Shown: positions 22,390 to 33,652, counted from the first letter of the stretch. The stretch: 64,000 bases of DNA from an uncultured Methanoregulaceae archaeon (GCA_963841015.1 CAWJAX010000002.1:96001-160000); one strand, 5' to 3'. The notes: generated by a model not told the origin, from the letters alone. Numbers and translations are program-made.

Positions 22390-22830
22390 ATTGTTTTAAT
22401 AAAAAATTATAACAATACCTGGAGTGAACTCCCTACCCGGATGGAACAGTATACCAACGGACGGTACTATTATAGTACCACGACGTCAGGATTTCCGTAG
22501 TATGCCGTGACTTGAAAAGGAAAGGGAGTACCCGCAACAACTCCGATGCTGGTTTCACTGGTAACAAACATCCAGCAGATAAAAACTCAAACCACGACCA
22601 GTGCTGCCACCCGTCCTTTGCACTCCAATCGCAGTTCGCACGAAACCTGTGACGACCCCGACCATTCTACCCCCGGTTTCATACCCTGAATTGCCTGAAT
22701 TTCCAACGCTGTGGATTGTTTTTGGTGTTGCAGGATTCGCCGGCATTGTCCTTATTATCGCTTTTATCCGACGCTGGTGGATCCGCAGGCAGAACCCGGC
22801 ACTGTTCCGGAAATACGAAATAAAGCGAAG
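22390..22830 (+). pseudogene. 3' remnant of a PGF-pre-PGF-type surface protein gene
   Basis: IVLIKNYNNTWSELPT...YYYSTTTSGFP*YAVT* resembles the W-ELPT...TPGFS motif. It is followed by a Thr/Pro linker, a TM and the RRWWIRRQNPALFRKYE tail. In-frame stops; no 5' part. Confidence 0.65.
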
Positions 22831-23215
22831 GGGCAGATTCTTCGGCGTTGTACTGTATATACAAAGCAATAAGAAATCCGATTTCAACCTATCCTGATAA
22901 TGAAAAGCAGATTCACAAGGAGTGGTTTCAATGAAGAAGTATTTTTTTACGTTCTGGTTACGGGGGATATGATTGCTCCCCAGCCTGGCAACCCCCACAG
23001 GAAAAAAGGGTAAGATTACTTTTTTGCTCCTCCCGCCACCTGTTTGAGAGATGCAATGCCCTGGTCTCCCGATAGAACTGGCCTGGTCAGCAGGAACGAG
23101 CTCGGGAGATTGACAAACAAATCGATAACCTGATCAGGTGTTCCGTACCGGTTCGCTCTCCCCTCCAATCCCCCACCACCCTTATATCATCCCCAACCAT
23201 ACAAAATAATCAAGC

Positions 23216-24130
23216 ATGTCTCCTGATCCCGACCAGCAGGAACCTGAAATACCCCTCGATAATCGAACCTACCTGGCCCCCACCTGGTGCTCCCTCCCCT
23301 GGACGCCATGGGTACCGTTCACCGCAGATAAAGAAGAATTCCGCACTATCCCAAAAGAACCCGGCCTTTACCGTATACGACCGACGGGCAAAGATTTCCT
23401 GATGTACATCGGTGAAACCAGAAGGCAGCTCCACGGGCGGCTCCACGAACTTCGTCACACGCTTCACCGGGGAGAACTGATGCCATGGAGTGAACCCATG
23501 AATGAAGCACCGTCATTATGGGCCTGGCAGAATGCTGAGGGATACACGTACGAATGCTCAGCCACCCCGCTGGATGCTTCACTCTGGGGAAGGCGGGGAA
23601 TGATGAGTTATCTCCTCTGCCAGTACCGGCAGGAGCACGGTGAATCAACACTCTGCAATTTCGGGCGGTTCCACCCACGCTACCGGAGATCCACGAACCG
23701 GAAGGAAAACAAGCGGGGCGGGAAACTCGAGGAGAACCATCTGGATAACCCTGCGGGCGGGCCGAGTATAAAACCGTTACCGGTCATGGGGACACCCGGG
23801 GAGCGGTACTGGATGGGGATCGGATGGATCGGGAAACTCCCGCTTGACGGGGAATCGGTCAATAAGGTTCCTCCCGGGGCGGGATTATACCTCCTGTTTG
23901 AACGGGATACCCAGAACCTCGTCTATATCGGCCAGTCAGCTGATTGCGCACACCGACTCCGGAGTCACGCGATGCAACTGCTGGATGAAAAGGATATGCT
24001 GTTCTCGTATTTTATCGAGAAAAAACCCCTGCTCCCGCATAACTTAAAAGAGCAGGAAAATGACCTGATCGGGAACTATTTCGACATATACCGGAAAGCA
24101 CCGCGGTACCAGTTTGGGAAGAGCCGGTAA
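23216..24130 (+). CDS. Protein with two GIY-YIG nuclease-like domains
   Basis: PGLYRI...MYIGET...GRL and GLYLL...VYIGQSADCAHRLRSH...EQE. Confidence 0.8.
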   Translation: MSPDPDQQEPEIPLDNRTYLAPTWCSLPWTPWVPFTADKEEFRTIPKEPGLYRIRPTGKDFLMYIGETRRQLHGRLHELRHTLHRGELMPWSEPMNEAPSLWAWQNAEGYTYECSATPLDASLWGRRGMMSYLLCQYRQEHGESTLCNFGRFHPRYRRSTNRKENKRGGKLEENHLDNPAGGPSIKPLPVMGTPGERYWMGIGWIGKLPLDGESVNKVPPGAGLYLLFERDTQNLVYIGQSADCAHRLRSHAMQLLDEKDMLFSYFIEKKPLLPHNLKEQENDLIGNYFDIYRKAPRYQFGKSR

Positions 24131-24194
24131 AATTCCTTTCCCTAAGAAAACGTGCAAAATATCGTAAAAAAGCTGAAATACGACCGGTAAGACA

Positions 24195-24845
24195 ATGGAT
24201 CAAAAAATAATAACCGTTTTCTTCCTGATGCTTGCATGCGCAATTGTTCTCTCGTTTACCGCACACATTTTTGCAGTTTTCCCCTTTGATCTGAAGATTT
24301 CCCATGAACTGCAGGAAGAGAAAAACCCGGTGTTTGCTTTCGTTATGAAGGAGATAAGTGTAATCGGGAACACCTGGATCGGAATTGTATTGATCGGGGC
24401 AGTATCGGTTTTTTATTTTGTCAGGCGGCAGGTGCCAGAAGCTGTTTTTATCCTTGCCACCTTGAGTATTTTCGTTCTCACTGCATTTCTCAAGGTGTTG
24501 GTTGCCCGCCCGCGTCCTCCGTATTTTTTCCCGGATCCGGCTGATATCTTCCAGTCCATCAACCAGTATAGTTTCCCGAGCGGGCATGTCCTCTTTTTTG
24601 TCGTCTTCTTTGGTTTCATCGCCTATCTTGCATGGCTTCACCAGACCGGATTTGCCCGGATATTTGTTATGGCAATCTGTTGTGCCCTTATCCTGCTCAT
24701 CGGGCCTTCACGGGTATATCTTGGGGCACACTGGGCAAGTGATGTAGTGGGAAGTTATATTATCGGAGTCTTGTGGCTGTTCGTGCTCATACTCGGGTAT
24801 CAGATGGTAGTGCACAAGAGAACTGCCAGATTAATGGACATCTGA
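24195..24845 (+). CDS. PAP2-family membrane phosphatase
   Basis: KVLVARPRP, SFPSGH, SRVYLGAHWASDV. Confidence 0.93.
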   Translation: MDQKIITVFFLMLACAIVLSFTAHIFAVFPFDLKISHELQEEKNPVFAFVMKEISVIGNTWIGIVLIGAVSVFYFVRRQVPEAVFILATLSIFVLTAFLKVLVARPRPPYFFPDPADIFQSINQYSFPSGHVLFFVVFFGFIAYLAWLHQTGFARIFVMAICCALILLIGPSRVYLGAHWASDVVGSYIIGVLWLFVLILGYQMVVHKRTARLMDI

Positions 24846-25000
24846 CGTGCATACGATCGGGCTCTCGAGGAATCTTTTTGGAATATACTCCCTTGTGCCG
24901 GGAAGAAATGCTGTTGTGACACAGATACCGGGCTCAGTAGAATTCCTTTTCCCTTGATATGAAATTCCCCGATGCGGTACGATTCCCGAAGGAGGGGACA

Positions 25001-25050
25001 TGCCTGTCCTCCATGCCGCCCCTGCGCAGGGGCGCATGAGGACGTAGGCA
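25001..25050. repeat. Long GC-rich inverted repeat (hairpin)
   Basis: tgcct-gtcctc-catgc-cgcccctgc|gcaggggcg-catg-aggac-gt-aggca; perfect 18-bp palindromic core at 25017-25034. Confidence 0.8.
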
Positions 25051-25060
25051 CCTGTTCGGG

Positions 25061-25112
25061 AGTTATCGCATCGGGGAGCCAGCATCGGCGAGGGTGAAAC
25101 CCCTGAGCGATA
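25061..25112 (+). repeat. Diverged copy of the dispersed hairpin repeat family
   Basis: tatcgcatcggggagccagcatcggcgagggtgaaacccctgagcg resembles the copies at 30221-30290 (-) and 55317-55365. Confidence 0.5.
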
Positions 25113-25169
25113 GGACTTGTAATTGAGCATTTCTACAGAGCAAGATACCGCGAAATCCTGGTGTAATGC

Positions 25170-25730
25170 TCAGATAAGCGCGGGAAAGACTGTTAAAAGG
25201 ATACAGATGCTGATCGGAACGACCAGATTGTCATCAACAGGGGAGAACATTTCGATAATTCCTGCGATGACAGCAACGATAAGAGCCCCCTGAATCGAAA
25301 TGAACATGAGCAGCACAAGGAACGTGACAAAAATCCCCGTTACTGTCCCTTCTAAGGATTTTCCGTTATAGATACGTGTCCTGCCAAACCTGATCCCTGC
25401 GATGGTTGCAACCCCGTCCAGAACAGCGAACGACACCAGTGCCGGTACAACAACTGCGACCGGGAAAAGGATAACGCAGGTCAGCGCACTCCCAACAAAA
25501 TAGAGTGCACCTTTTCCCGGTATAGGATCATTCCGATCTACATAGTTCACAACTGCAGAGAAGACAGGAAGGGTATAACCACGGAGGATCAGATCGATGA
25601 GGACCAGGCCAAAAAGGAGACCCCCGGCAAGAACCGCCATTGCAGTAGTATGGTCGAGGACAAGCACAATCGCCGCAATACCCAGGCCGAAGATTACATG
25701 AATAAATTTTCGCGCCAGTTCCTGCATCAT
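25170..25730 (-). CDS. Dolichol/phytol kinase-like (cytidylyltransferase family) membrane protein
   Basis: ELARKFIH, DGVATIAG..G, KSLEGT, DDNLVVP. Confidence 0.85.
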   Translation of the reverse strand: MMQELARKFIHVIFGLGIAAIVLVLDHTTAMAVLAGGLLFGLVLIDLILRGYTLPVFSAVVNYVDRNDPIPGKGALYFVGSALTCVILFPVAVVVPALVSFAVLDGVATIAGIRFGRTRIYNGKSLEGTVTGIFVTFLVLLMFISIQGALIVAVIAGIIEMFSPVDDNLVVPISICILLTVFPALI

Positions 25731-25848
25731 GAATACTAGGTGAAACGAACGGTAAAAAAGTTCTGGATCTCTCACCCCACTGGTGAATGATATGCGGCAC
25801 GTAATTCCGCGTAATAAAAAATATCGAAAATTGTAAGAATAGTAAGAT

Positions 25849-27259
25849 CTACGCGTTCTTTTGCGCTTTTATCTCGCCTGATTCTATTGCGTCAAGGAAC
25901 AGCTCACAATCCCGTTCGGTCTGTTCTGCGTAGAGTTCTGCAAACGTCCCGATTGCCCGGTCGAAGACATCGGATTTCCCTATATACCCATAGATCGTGG
26001 GGGCATCGCCCGACCGGGCATGAGCACGGGCGAGGGTCCAGCCACATACCTCGGCATAGCCGGCCAACTGCCATGGCTTCATGATCGAAATATCGACGGA
26101 GTATTTCATATCCCGGAAGCTGCCGGATATAAAAGTGCCGTTTATATTTGCCGGTGCCGGTTGTCCACCCGAGCATCATGTCGCTCGCCGACTGCATCAG
26201 GCGCTGGCCGACCACGATCCTCTCTCCCTCGTGGCTGAATGCACTTTTTCCTGCATAGGGTTCCAGGACAGAAGCACGTGCCTCTTTGATCTGGAGGAAG
26301 AGGGGGTCATTCTCTTCTGCTACAAAAAGCGCCACACCGCACCAGGTCCCAACGCTCCCGACCCCGACAACCTTGTTTGCAATATCTTCCAGGTGATACC
26401 TGTCCAGCAGCACCCGGCGTTCATAGGGCAGGGTTTCACGATACGCCCTGAGCGTATCAATAGCAATTTCAGGAACCTGTTCTTCAGGAGGAGAATGGTA
26501 CACGAGCGGGACCTGGTCAATGATAAGTCGCCTCCCCTCATGGACCTGGGTAATTTTGGGAAATACATAATCTGCGATATTTGCCCGTGCCTCATCCGCT
26601 ATCCGCTGCCGGTTTTTCTTCGCCTCGGCATTCGGTGCCTTTGCAATCAGCGTGTCGGCATCGAGCTTCGCATACCAGACATCAAGTACGTTCATAGCGG
26701 AAAACTGTGCAATTGCCTCACGATATGCCCGGACACAGGCTCTTGTGATCGTAGTGCAATCCTTGTCTGAAAAATCATTATCCAGGGCGCCAACAAAAAA
26801 ACTGGTCGCAAGACGCTTGATGTCCCATTCAAAGGGTGCCGGGAGGGTTTCATCGAAGTCGTTGATATCAAAGATAAGGTTCCGCTCTGGTGTGGCAAAC
26901 AAACCGAAATTGGAGAGATGGCAGTCACCGCAGGCCTGGACCCGGATACCGGAAGTCGGGGTCTTCCCAAGGTCCATTGCCATCAGGGATGCTGTACCAC
27001 GGTAAAAGGCAAAGACACTCTTAGCCATACGGCCATAGCGAATCGGTATCAGGTGCTGGAGCCGGCCTTCACTTGACTTTTTTATAACTTTAACCGGATC
27101 AGTCCGGTCTGAGGCAATCTCGAATTCAGCATGCGACTCCCTGGGGATCTTTGCCCGCAGGGCTTTTCCTTCCTGCCGTCGCTGTTCAGCCGTCTTGTAA
27201 TCAACAATAAATCTGGCAATACCAAACGCATCGCGTTTCACCGTTGTTCCCGCGATCAT
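25849..27259 (-). CDS. DUF2252 family protein (kinase-like fold)
   Basis: RYGRM..S.FAFYRG, CGDCHLSNFG, FDINDFDE, KVVGVGSVG, LARAHARSGD; one indel near 26115 (RQLRDMK). Confidence 0.9.
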
Positions 27260-27550
27260 AGTTCCCCTTCACCGTCCCTGCAAGCCGTGTTCCTTTTAAC
27301 GGCTCACTAGTATCCTCCCCTTTTGTCCCGATAGTGTAAAGATTTTCTGGTACTTTCATTTTTTGCCCTTATTCGTTACACTCATACCTCCTCTGGTTCC
27401 AGGCAGCAGTATTAATACCATGAATTTATTATCACTGAAATGTTTACGTTGTCCAGGTATGGTAATAGGAAATGTCCACGATACCGTACGAATCAGGGGA
27501 GCCTCGTGTTTTATTCCAGTCTCAACGGAAAAAGTATTGCGGGGTGAGAT

Positions 27551-29288
27551 ATGTCTCAACCTGATGAAATCCCAAAAAAAACCGGAAAATTCCCAATTCT
27601 CGAAGGAATCCTCCCGATACAAAAAGCACAGGTACCGCTGGATATCATTGCAGGGATCAGCCTTGCAGCACTGGCGATTCCCGAAGTGATGGGGTATGCA
27701 AAAATTGCGGGTGTACCGGTGGTCTTAGGTCTCTATACCCTGCTGATCCCCATCACAGTGTTTGCCCTTTTCGGGTCTTCCCGCCATCTGGTGGTAGGGG
27801 CAGATTCTGCAACCGCAGCGATCCTTGCCACAACGCTCATAACAATGGCCGTACCCGACTCTCCCCAGTATATTGCACTCGCTGGAATGGTTGCCCTTCT
27901 TGCAGCAGCTTTATTAATCCTCTCGCGTATCCTGAAACTCGGTTTTATTGCAGATTTTCTCTCCCGTGCAGTGCTGATTGGGTTCCTGACCGGGGTGGGA
28001 ATCCAGGTGGCACTGGGCCAGATTCCTGGCATGTTCGATGTTCCGAAACAGGGAAACGGCCCACTCATGCAGGCAGTCCACGTGTTCACCCAGGAAATTC
28101 CCCTGATGAACAGCATCACCGTGTTGCTTTCAATCCTGGTCCTGGTCATCATCTTTGCAGGGAATCATTTCCTGAAAAAGGTTCCCTGGGCCCTCCTCGC
28201 CGTTATCGGGACCATAATCGCGTGCCAGGCACTGAACCTTGAAGCCCTTGGAGTAACAACCATCGGCACGGTAACCGGTGGCCTTCCTGTCATCGCATTT
28301 CCGGTCGTACCCCTTGACCAGATCCCCGAACTTCTCGGCATTGCCCTGGCTTGTTTCCTGGTAATTCTTGCCCAGAGTGCAGCTGACCTCCCGGGCATAC
28401 GCATTACGGTATGAAGAAAAATTCGACGAGAATGTTGATCTTGTCGGCCTCGGTCTTTCCAACGTTGCTGCCGGCATGTCAGGAACATTTGTCGTAAACG
28501 GGAGCCCGACAAAGACCGAGATGGTAGACAGTGCCGGGGGAAAAACCCAGCTGGCATCAATTGTCACGGCAGGAATTGTGCTCATCGTATTGCTGTTCCT
28601 TACTGAACCGCTGTCCTACCTGCCGAATGCAGTGCTGGCAGCAATAGTGTTCACCATCGGGATCCGGCTTATCGATATCAATGGTATGAAAAACATTCTT
28701 GCCCGCCGCCCGGTTGAATTCGGTGTAGCGCTCCTGACAGCACTGACAGTGATCTTTATCAGTGTAGCATGGGGGATCATGATCGCGATCGTGCTCTCCA
28801 TTCTTGCCCATCTCCGCCATAGTTACCACCCCGGGGATGTCCTCCTCGCTAAAACATCCCAGGGGGACTGGAAGTCAGCTCCTCTTGCATCAGGAGAGCA
28901 GGCTGCACCGGGATTAGCGATCTACCGCTTCGGGGCAAACCTGTACTATGCGAATGAAAGCCGTTTCACAGAAGAAATTCTTGGCCTCGTGAAAAAAGCC
29001 AGCCCATCACTGAAATGGTTCTGCCTGTCCGCATCAATGATCGGTGATATCGATTACTCTGGCTCTGAATCAATCAGACAACTCCACGGGGAGTTGAAAA
29101 AACGTGGTGTCGTGCTGGTGCTGAGCGATCTCGATGAACAGGTAATGAAACAATTAGATCAGGACAAGATCATGGACCTGATCGGAAAGGACCATATATT
29201 CAATTCCTTCCGCGACACAGTTGTGGCATACCAGAAAGTATACGGGGGACCTGAAGATCATGCGATGGAGAGACGGACGCAGAAGTGA
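27551..29288 (+). CDS. SulP-family anion transporter with STAS domain
   Basis: IPEVMGYAKIAG, FGSSRHLVVG, VNGSPTKT, LYYAN...IDYSG; one indel near 28385. Confidence 0.9.
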
Positions 29289-30121
29289 TAATGTCGAAGA
29301 CCAGCGGGGACGGGGGGTAAGCCGGGGGGCAATCGGCGGCGGCATCGGCCTGATCATTATTGTTGCTATCGGGCTGCTGTCGGGAGCTGATCCGTTGACC
29401 ATTCTGGGTGCGATTATCGGGCAAAGCGGGAGTTCGCTGGACGGGTTGACCCCCTCTGCACCACTGACAGCAGCTGACAACGAGTCAGCCGATTTTGTAT
29501 CTGTTGTCCTGGCCGATACGGAAGACACGTGGCTGGTTATTTTTAAAGAACAGGGAAGGGTCTATCAACAACCCAGATTAGTCCTGTTCTCCGGCGGAGT
29601 CGATTCCGCGTGCGGGTTTGCCCGGTCGGCGATGGGTCCTTTTTATTGTCCGACTGATCAGAAAGTGTATATTGACCTGGACTTTTACCGTGAGTTGAAA
29701 GACCAGTCTGGGAGCCCCCGGCGATTTTGCCCAGGCATATGTCATCGCCCACGAGGTGGGTCACCATGTGCAGAACCTCATGGGAACCTCAGACCGGGTC
29801 CAGGGAATCCAGAGCCGGAGTGATGAGGTCACGGCCAACAGGTATTCAGTTATGCTGGAATTGCAGGCCGATTGTTACGCGGGTGTATGGGCATATCATG
29901 CTGACACGTCACGTAACGTTATTGAAGCCGGGGATATTGAGGAAGCCATGAACGCAGCCGCGAAGATCGGTGATGATGCCCTGCAGAAACAATCACAGGG
30001 CTATGTCGTACCTGACTCTTTTACCCACGGCACATCCGCGCAACGGATGAAATGGTTTAATGCTGGCTTTGTAAGCGGGGACATCGAGTCCTGCGATACG
30101 TTCAATGTGGTTGTAGTATGA
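29260..30121 (+). CDS. YpfJ-like neutral zinc metallopeptidase
   Basis: [52 protein letters not shown]; indel near 29710. Confidence 0.9.
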
Positions 30122-30220
30122 TCATCTCATCAGGACTTTTTTTAAAAAAAGGGTAAAGTGTTATTTCAGCCCCTAAATTTTTCATACAATCATTTGAAAA
30201 TACTACTCCAATCGATAGTT

Positions 30221-30290
30221 ATCACGCTCCTGGGTGTTTCGGCAAAGCCTTCACCCCCGCCGCTGTGGCGACCCCCCTATCGCGATAGAC
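30221..30290 (-). repeat. Diverged copy of the dispersed hairpin repeat family
   Basis: Reverse complement ctatcgcgataggggggtcgccacagcggcgggggtgaaggc...cccaggagcgtg; perfect palindrome ctatcgcgatag at 30277-30288. Confidence 0.5.
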
Positions 30291-30494
30291 CCGAATACAG
30301 GAGCCATCAACACGAAAAAGAATGCTTGAAAATCATAGTCACTTTTTTCATTCCCGTTTTAGTGATATAATTTTTTTTAAAATGTCGTCGTAAGAATAAA
30401 AAATTCAGGGGCTGGATTGGTACATTACCCAATAAAAAAAAGATTTATCTAAAGATGAAAAAAGGGTCTGCTATTCACACCACCCGGGTGCCGC

Positions 30495-30641
30495 TTACTT
30501 CTTCTTTCCCGTTTTACTGTCATACCCGCAATGGTTGCACGAATAGCTCCCGTCGGGTCGAATCCTGATGCTGGAAGCCTGACACTGGTCACATATAGGA
30601 CGATCCTTTTTCACATGCCTGGTTTGTTGTTGTTTATCCAT
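30495..30641 (-). CDS. 48-aa zinc-finger microprotein (below the ORF-track cutoff)
   Basis: MDKQQQTRHVKKDRPICDQCQASSIRIRPDGSYSCNHCGYDSKTGKKK*; CxxC...CxxCG. Confidence 0.7.
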   Translation of the reverse strand: MDKQQQTRHVKKDRPICDQCQASSIRIRPDGSYSCNHCGYDSKTGKKK

Positions 30642-30820
30642 GGGGATTGATTGTCATCTTCCCATAAAAAGATGTACGGTGGAGTCTGTCTGTCCGCCAT
30701 CAGACAGGTCTGGAGGGTAAACCATGACGGGACCTGAGCGGAGGACCTTTCCCTAATTTCCCGCAAAAACTATTTTTCAGGATACAACTATTCATACATC
30801 TATCACAAAAAGGATCATTC

Positions 30821-31366
30821 ATGGCAGCTGCAACGGACCCGGATACCTACCTCGATACAATATGTTATCCCGTAGATCGGTATCTCCCCGGTTTTGCCTT
30901 CCGGGGTGAGGAATGTCTTATCAGTGCGCTGATAACCGATGCTCTCCTCAATGAACCGGTTGGATTTGAACGTATCAGGACCCTTCCTGTTGACAAGAGC
31001 CTGGTGACGATCGGGGATTTTATCCTGGACTTTGTAATCATCGACAATTTTGCCACAAAAGAACGGTACACTGCACAGCAGATTGATGATTTCTGCCAGT
31101 GGTACGGAAAAAAAGAAAACCTCCGGTATTTTGCCAAAACCGGCTTTCAGTTACCCAAGTACATCCTCTGGGGTCCGGGTGAACGAAAACAACAAAAATG
31201 GGATCAGCTGGCAACAACTATCCTGGCAGACCGGTTCGGGATGCTGGTTGCCGTACTATACCTTGAAAAGGGTATTGATGCAGTGATGGAATTCTTACAC
31301 AAACATCATTTTTTTAAAGAAATTGACAAATTGGCAGGTCATATGGCGGCAGGTGATGCACGATGA
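30821..31366 (+). CDS. RNase III-domain protein (no dsRBD, degenerate signature)
   Basis: KSLVTIGDFILDF resembles ERLEFLGDAVL; ILADRFGMLVAVLYLEKG resembles LADAFEALIGAIYLDxG. Confidence 0.7.
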   Translation: MAAATDPDTYLDTICYPVDRYLPGFAFRGEECLISALITDALLNEPVGFERIRTLPVDKSLVTIGDFILDFVIIDNFATKERYTAQQIDDFCQWYGKKENLRYFAKTGFQLPKYILWGPGERKQQKWDQLATTILADRFGMLVAVLYLEKGIDAVMEFLHKHHFFKEIDKLAGHMAAGDAR

Positions 31367-31737
31367 AACCCCCCCGACCTTCCACGGCACCCGGCACCTG
31401 CAGCCGCTGCGGAGAGTGCTGCCGCTGGCTCCCGATTGTTCTCATCCGCCAGTGCAAGCCCCACCAGCTGCAGTACCTCCGCGAACGCGGTCTTAAGGAA
31501 GCGGACGGCTTTTTCCTTGCCGATGCCCCGTGCCGGCACCTGCGTGAAGAGGAGCCTGATGGCCGCGGGGTCAGGAGGTGGGGGTGTGCTGTCTACGACA
31601 GGAGACCGGCCACCTGCCGGGACTTCTGCGGCAGGACCCTGAGTGGCGGGAAGCGCTATTACGTTCCCGAGGGGTGTACGATGGCAGGCAACAGGGGCGG
31701 AGAGATGGGAGATGGACGGGAGGACGAGGCGGAATAA
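31363..31737 (+). CDS. YkgJ-family (CxxCxxCC) cysteine-cluster protein
   Basis: CSRCGECC...PCRHL...CAVYDRRPATCRDF; ATGA overlap with the upstream gene. Confidence 0.85.
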   Translation: MKPPRPSTAPGTCSRCGECCRWLPIVLIRQCKPHQLQYLRERGLKEADGFFLADAPCRHLREEEPDGRGVRRWGCAVYDRRPATCRDFCGRTLSGGKRYYVPEGCTMAGNRGGEMGDGREDEAE

Positions 31738-31836
31738 CCGATCCTAAGGAGAAGAAATACCCGCACTCTGTCGTAGTGTTTCCAGTTTTTTAGCACGAAA
31801 CGAAAGACTATCGCCTCAGGACAATAATACCAGACC

Positions 31837-32166
31837 ATGCCTCCTGGTTTCATGTATTCCGCCTATCCCCTGCATCCGGTCTTTGGCCTGGGATTTATGA
31901 TGTTCACCTGGCTCATCCAGCTGGTGATTGCCTATTTCGTGTATAAAGATGCAAAAGAGCAAAACATGAGTGCCCCCCTCTGGTTCATCCTGGTGATCCT
32001 CCCGATGGTTGGATTCCTGCTCGCAGTCCTGTATGCTATCATCCGGGAAGTCAGGATGCCCATTGAGCCAAAGAACACCCCGGTTACTATCCTGAAAGAG
32101 CGTTTTGCAAGAGGACAGATAACCGCAGAAGAGTTCGAAAAAGGAAAAGAAATTTTACTGAAATAG
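31837..32166 (+). CDS. 2-TM protein with C-terminal SHOCT domain
   Basis: ILKERFARGQITAEEFEKGKEIL. Confidence 0.85.
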   Translation: MPPGFMYSAYPLHPVFGLGFMMFTWLIQLVIAYFVYKDAKEQNMSAPLWFILVILPMVGFLLAVLYAIIREVRMPIEPKNTPVTILKERFARGQITAEEFEKGKEILLK

Positions 32167-32451
32167 AGCGGGTGGCCTGCTCAGAAAATAGTATTTTTGT
32201 ACCAGATCCGTTTGTCCCGTACTCCCCGCATTTTCACCTGACGTCATAAAGCTGAAACAGGTACCGGAAAAGGTTGCGGTCGATGGGATCCGCGGTGGTG
32301 GAACCGGGGTTGGGGATACCCCCGGAGGACTATCAGGAACCGCCGGCTTTGAAGCACTGCCATAATTGCCGCGGTTACCGGTGCACCCGGCAATGCAGGA
32401 ATATGCCAGTACCATCATGACAAGGACCAGAACCGGGTGCCGAAGTTTCAT
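32155..32451 (-). pseudogene. Possible truncated lipoprotein
   Basis: Signal peptide with IAGCTG lipobox and Pro-rich linker, then little else. Confidence 0.4.
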
Positions 32452-32665
32452 AAGCGTGTTTGGGATCCTTCATGGTAATAAGGATACCTGCCCTGTCTCT
32501 TTCTATCGGCAGGATCTTCATGCCGTGAACCGGGGAGGCTTGTCACCACCCGGGTCGTCCCGGTTGAACCGGGTAAGGTGGCCCTATGAAAAGCGTATTA
32601 TCAGAACAGGCAGCATCCTTACCGGAACGCGTTTGTCCATTGCGTACGTGACGGGATCCTATCTC

Positions 32666-33652
32666 ATGACAGTTGCAATCCATATCCAGAACCTGACCCG
32701 GCGATTCAACGGTCTTATCGCCGTGGACAATATATCCTTTGATATCGAAGCAGGCGAGATTTTTGGCCTTCTGGGCCCCAACGGCGCCGGCAAGACGACA
32801 ACCCTCTCCATGCTCTCAACTATGCTCAAACCAACATCTGGTTCAGCTACGGTAAATGGCATCGATATTGAACGCGACGAGGATGGCGTCAGGAAATCCA
32901 TCGGCATTGTCTTCCAGGACCAGAGCCTTGATGAAGAACTGACCGCCTGGGAAAACATGGACTTCCATGGACGGCTCTACCGGATCCCTGCAGATATTCG
33001 AAAACAACGGATCACCGAGCTCCTCAACCTCGTTGAGCTGGAAGACCGTCAGCATGACATAGTGAAAACATTTTCCGGAGGGATGCGGAGACGCCTCGAG
33101 ATTGCACGCGGTCTTCTCCACCATCCTGCGGTCCTGTTCCTGGACGAACCCACCCTGGGCCTTGACCCCCAGACCCGCAATCACCTCTGGCAGTACATTG
33201 CAACCCTTGCAAAGGAAAAGGGAATCACCATTATCCTCACCACGCATTACATGGAAGAAGCTGACCGGTTGTGCAACCGTGTCGCTATCATCGATCACGG
33301 GAAGATCATTGCCCTTGACACCCCAAAAAACTTAAAAGATGGCATTGGCGGGGATGTCGTGACCATCCGCTCGCCGGACCCGGCAGCAATTATCGCAGCC
33401 CTTTCTGAACCATGGATCACCCGCGTGGAACAACACAACGATGAAGTAGTTGTCAGCCTGCAGAACGCCGAACAGCATATCAGTACTATCGTAACCCTGC
33501 TCAACACAAACCGGGTCCCGATCGAGTCCATAGCCATCCACAAGCCAACCCTTGAGGATGTGTTCCTCTCCTTTACCGGAAAAACCATCCGTGAAGAAGA
33601 AGCGGACACTAAAACGAACATGAGGATGTACCAGAAGATGGTGAGGCATTAA
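32666..33652 (+). CDS. ABC exporter ATP-binding protein (DrrA-like)
   Basis: GPNGAGKT, FSGGMRRRLEIARGL, LFLDEP, TTHYMEEA, PTLEDVF. Confidence 0.93.
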   Translation: MTVAIHIQNLTRRFNGLIAVDNISFDIEAGEIFGLLGPNGAGKTTTLSMLSTMLKPTSGSATVNGIDIERDEDGVRKSIGIVFQDQSLDEELTAWENMDFHGRLYRIPADIRKQRITELLNLVELEDRQHDIVKTFSGGMRRRLEIARGLLHHPAVLFLDEPTLGLDPQTRNHLWQYIATLAKEKGITIILTTHYMEEADRLCNRVAIIDHGKIIALDTPKNLKDGIGGDVVTIRSPDPAAIIAALSEPWITRVEQHNDEVVVSLQNAEQHISTIVTLLNTNRVPIESIAIHKPTLEDVFLSFTGKTIREEEADTKTNMRMYQKMVRH

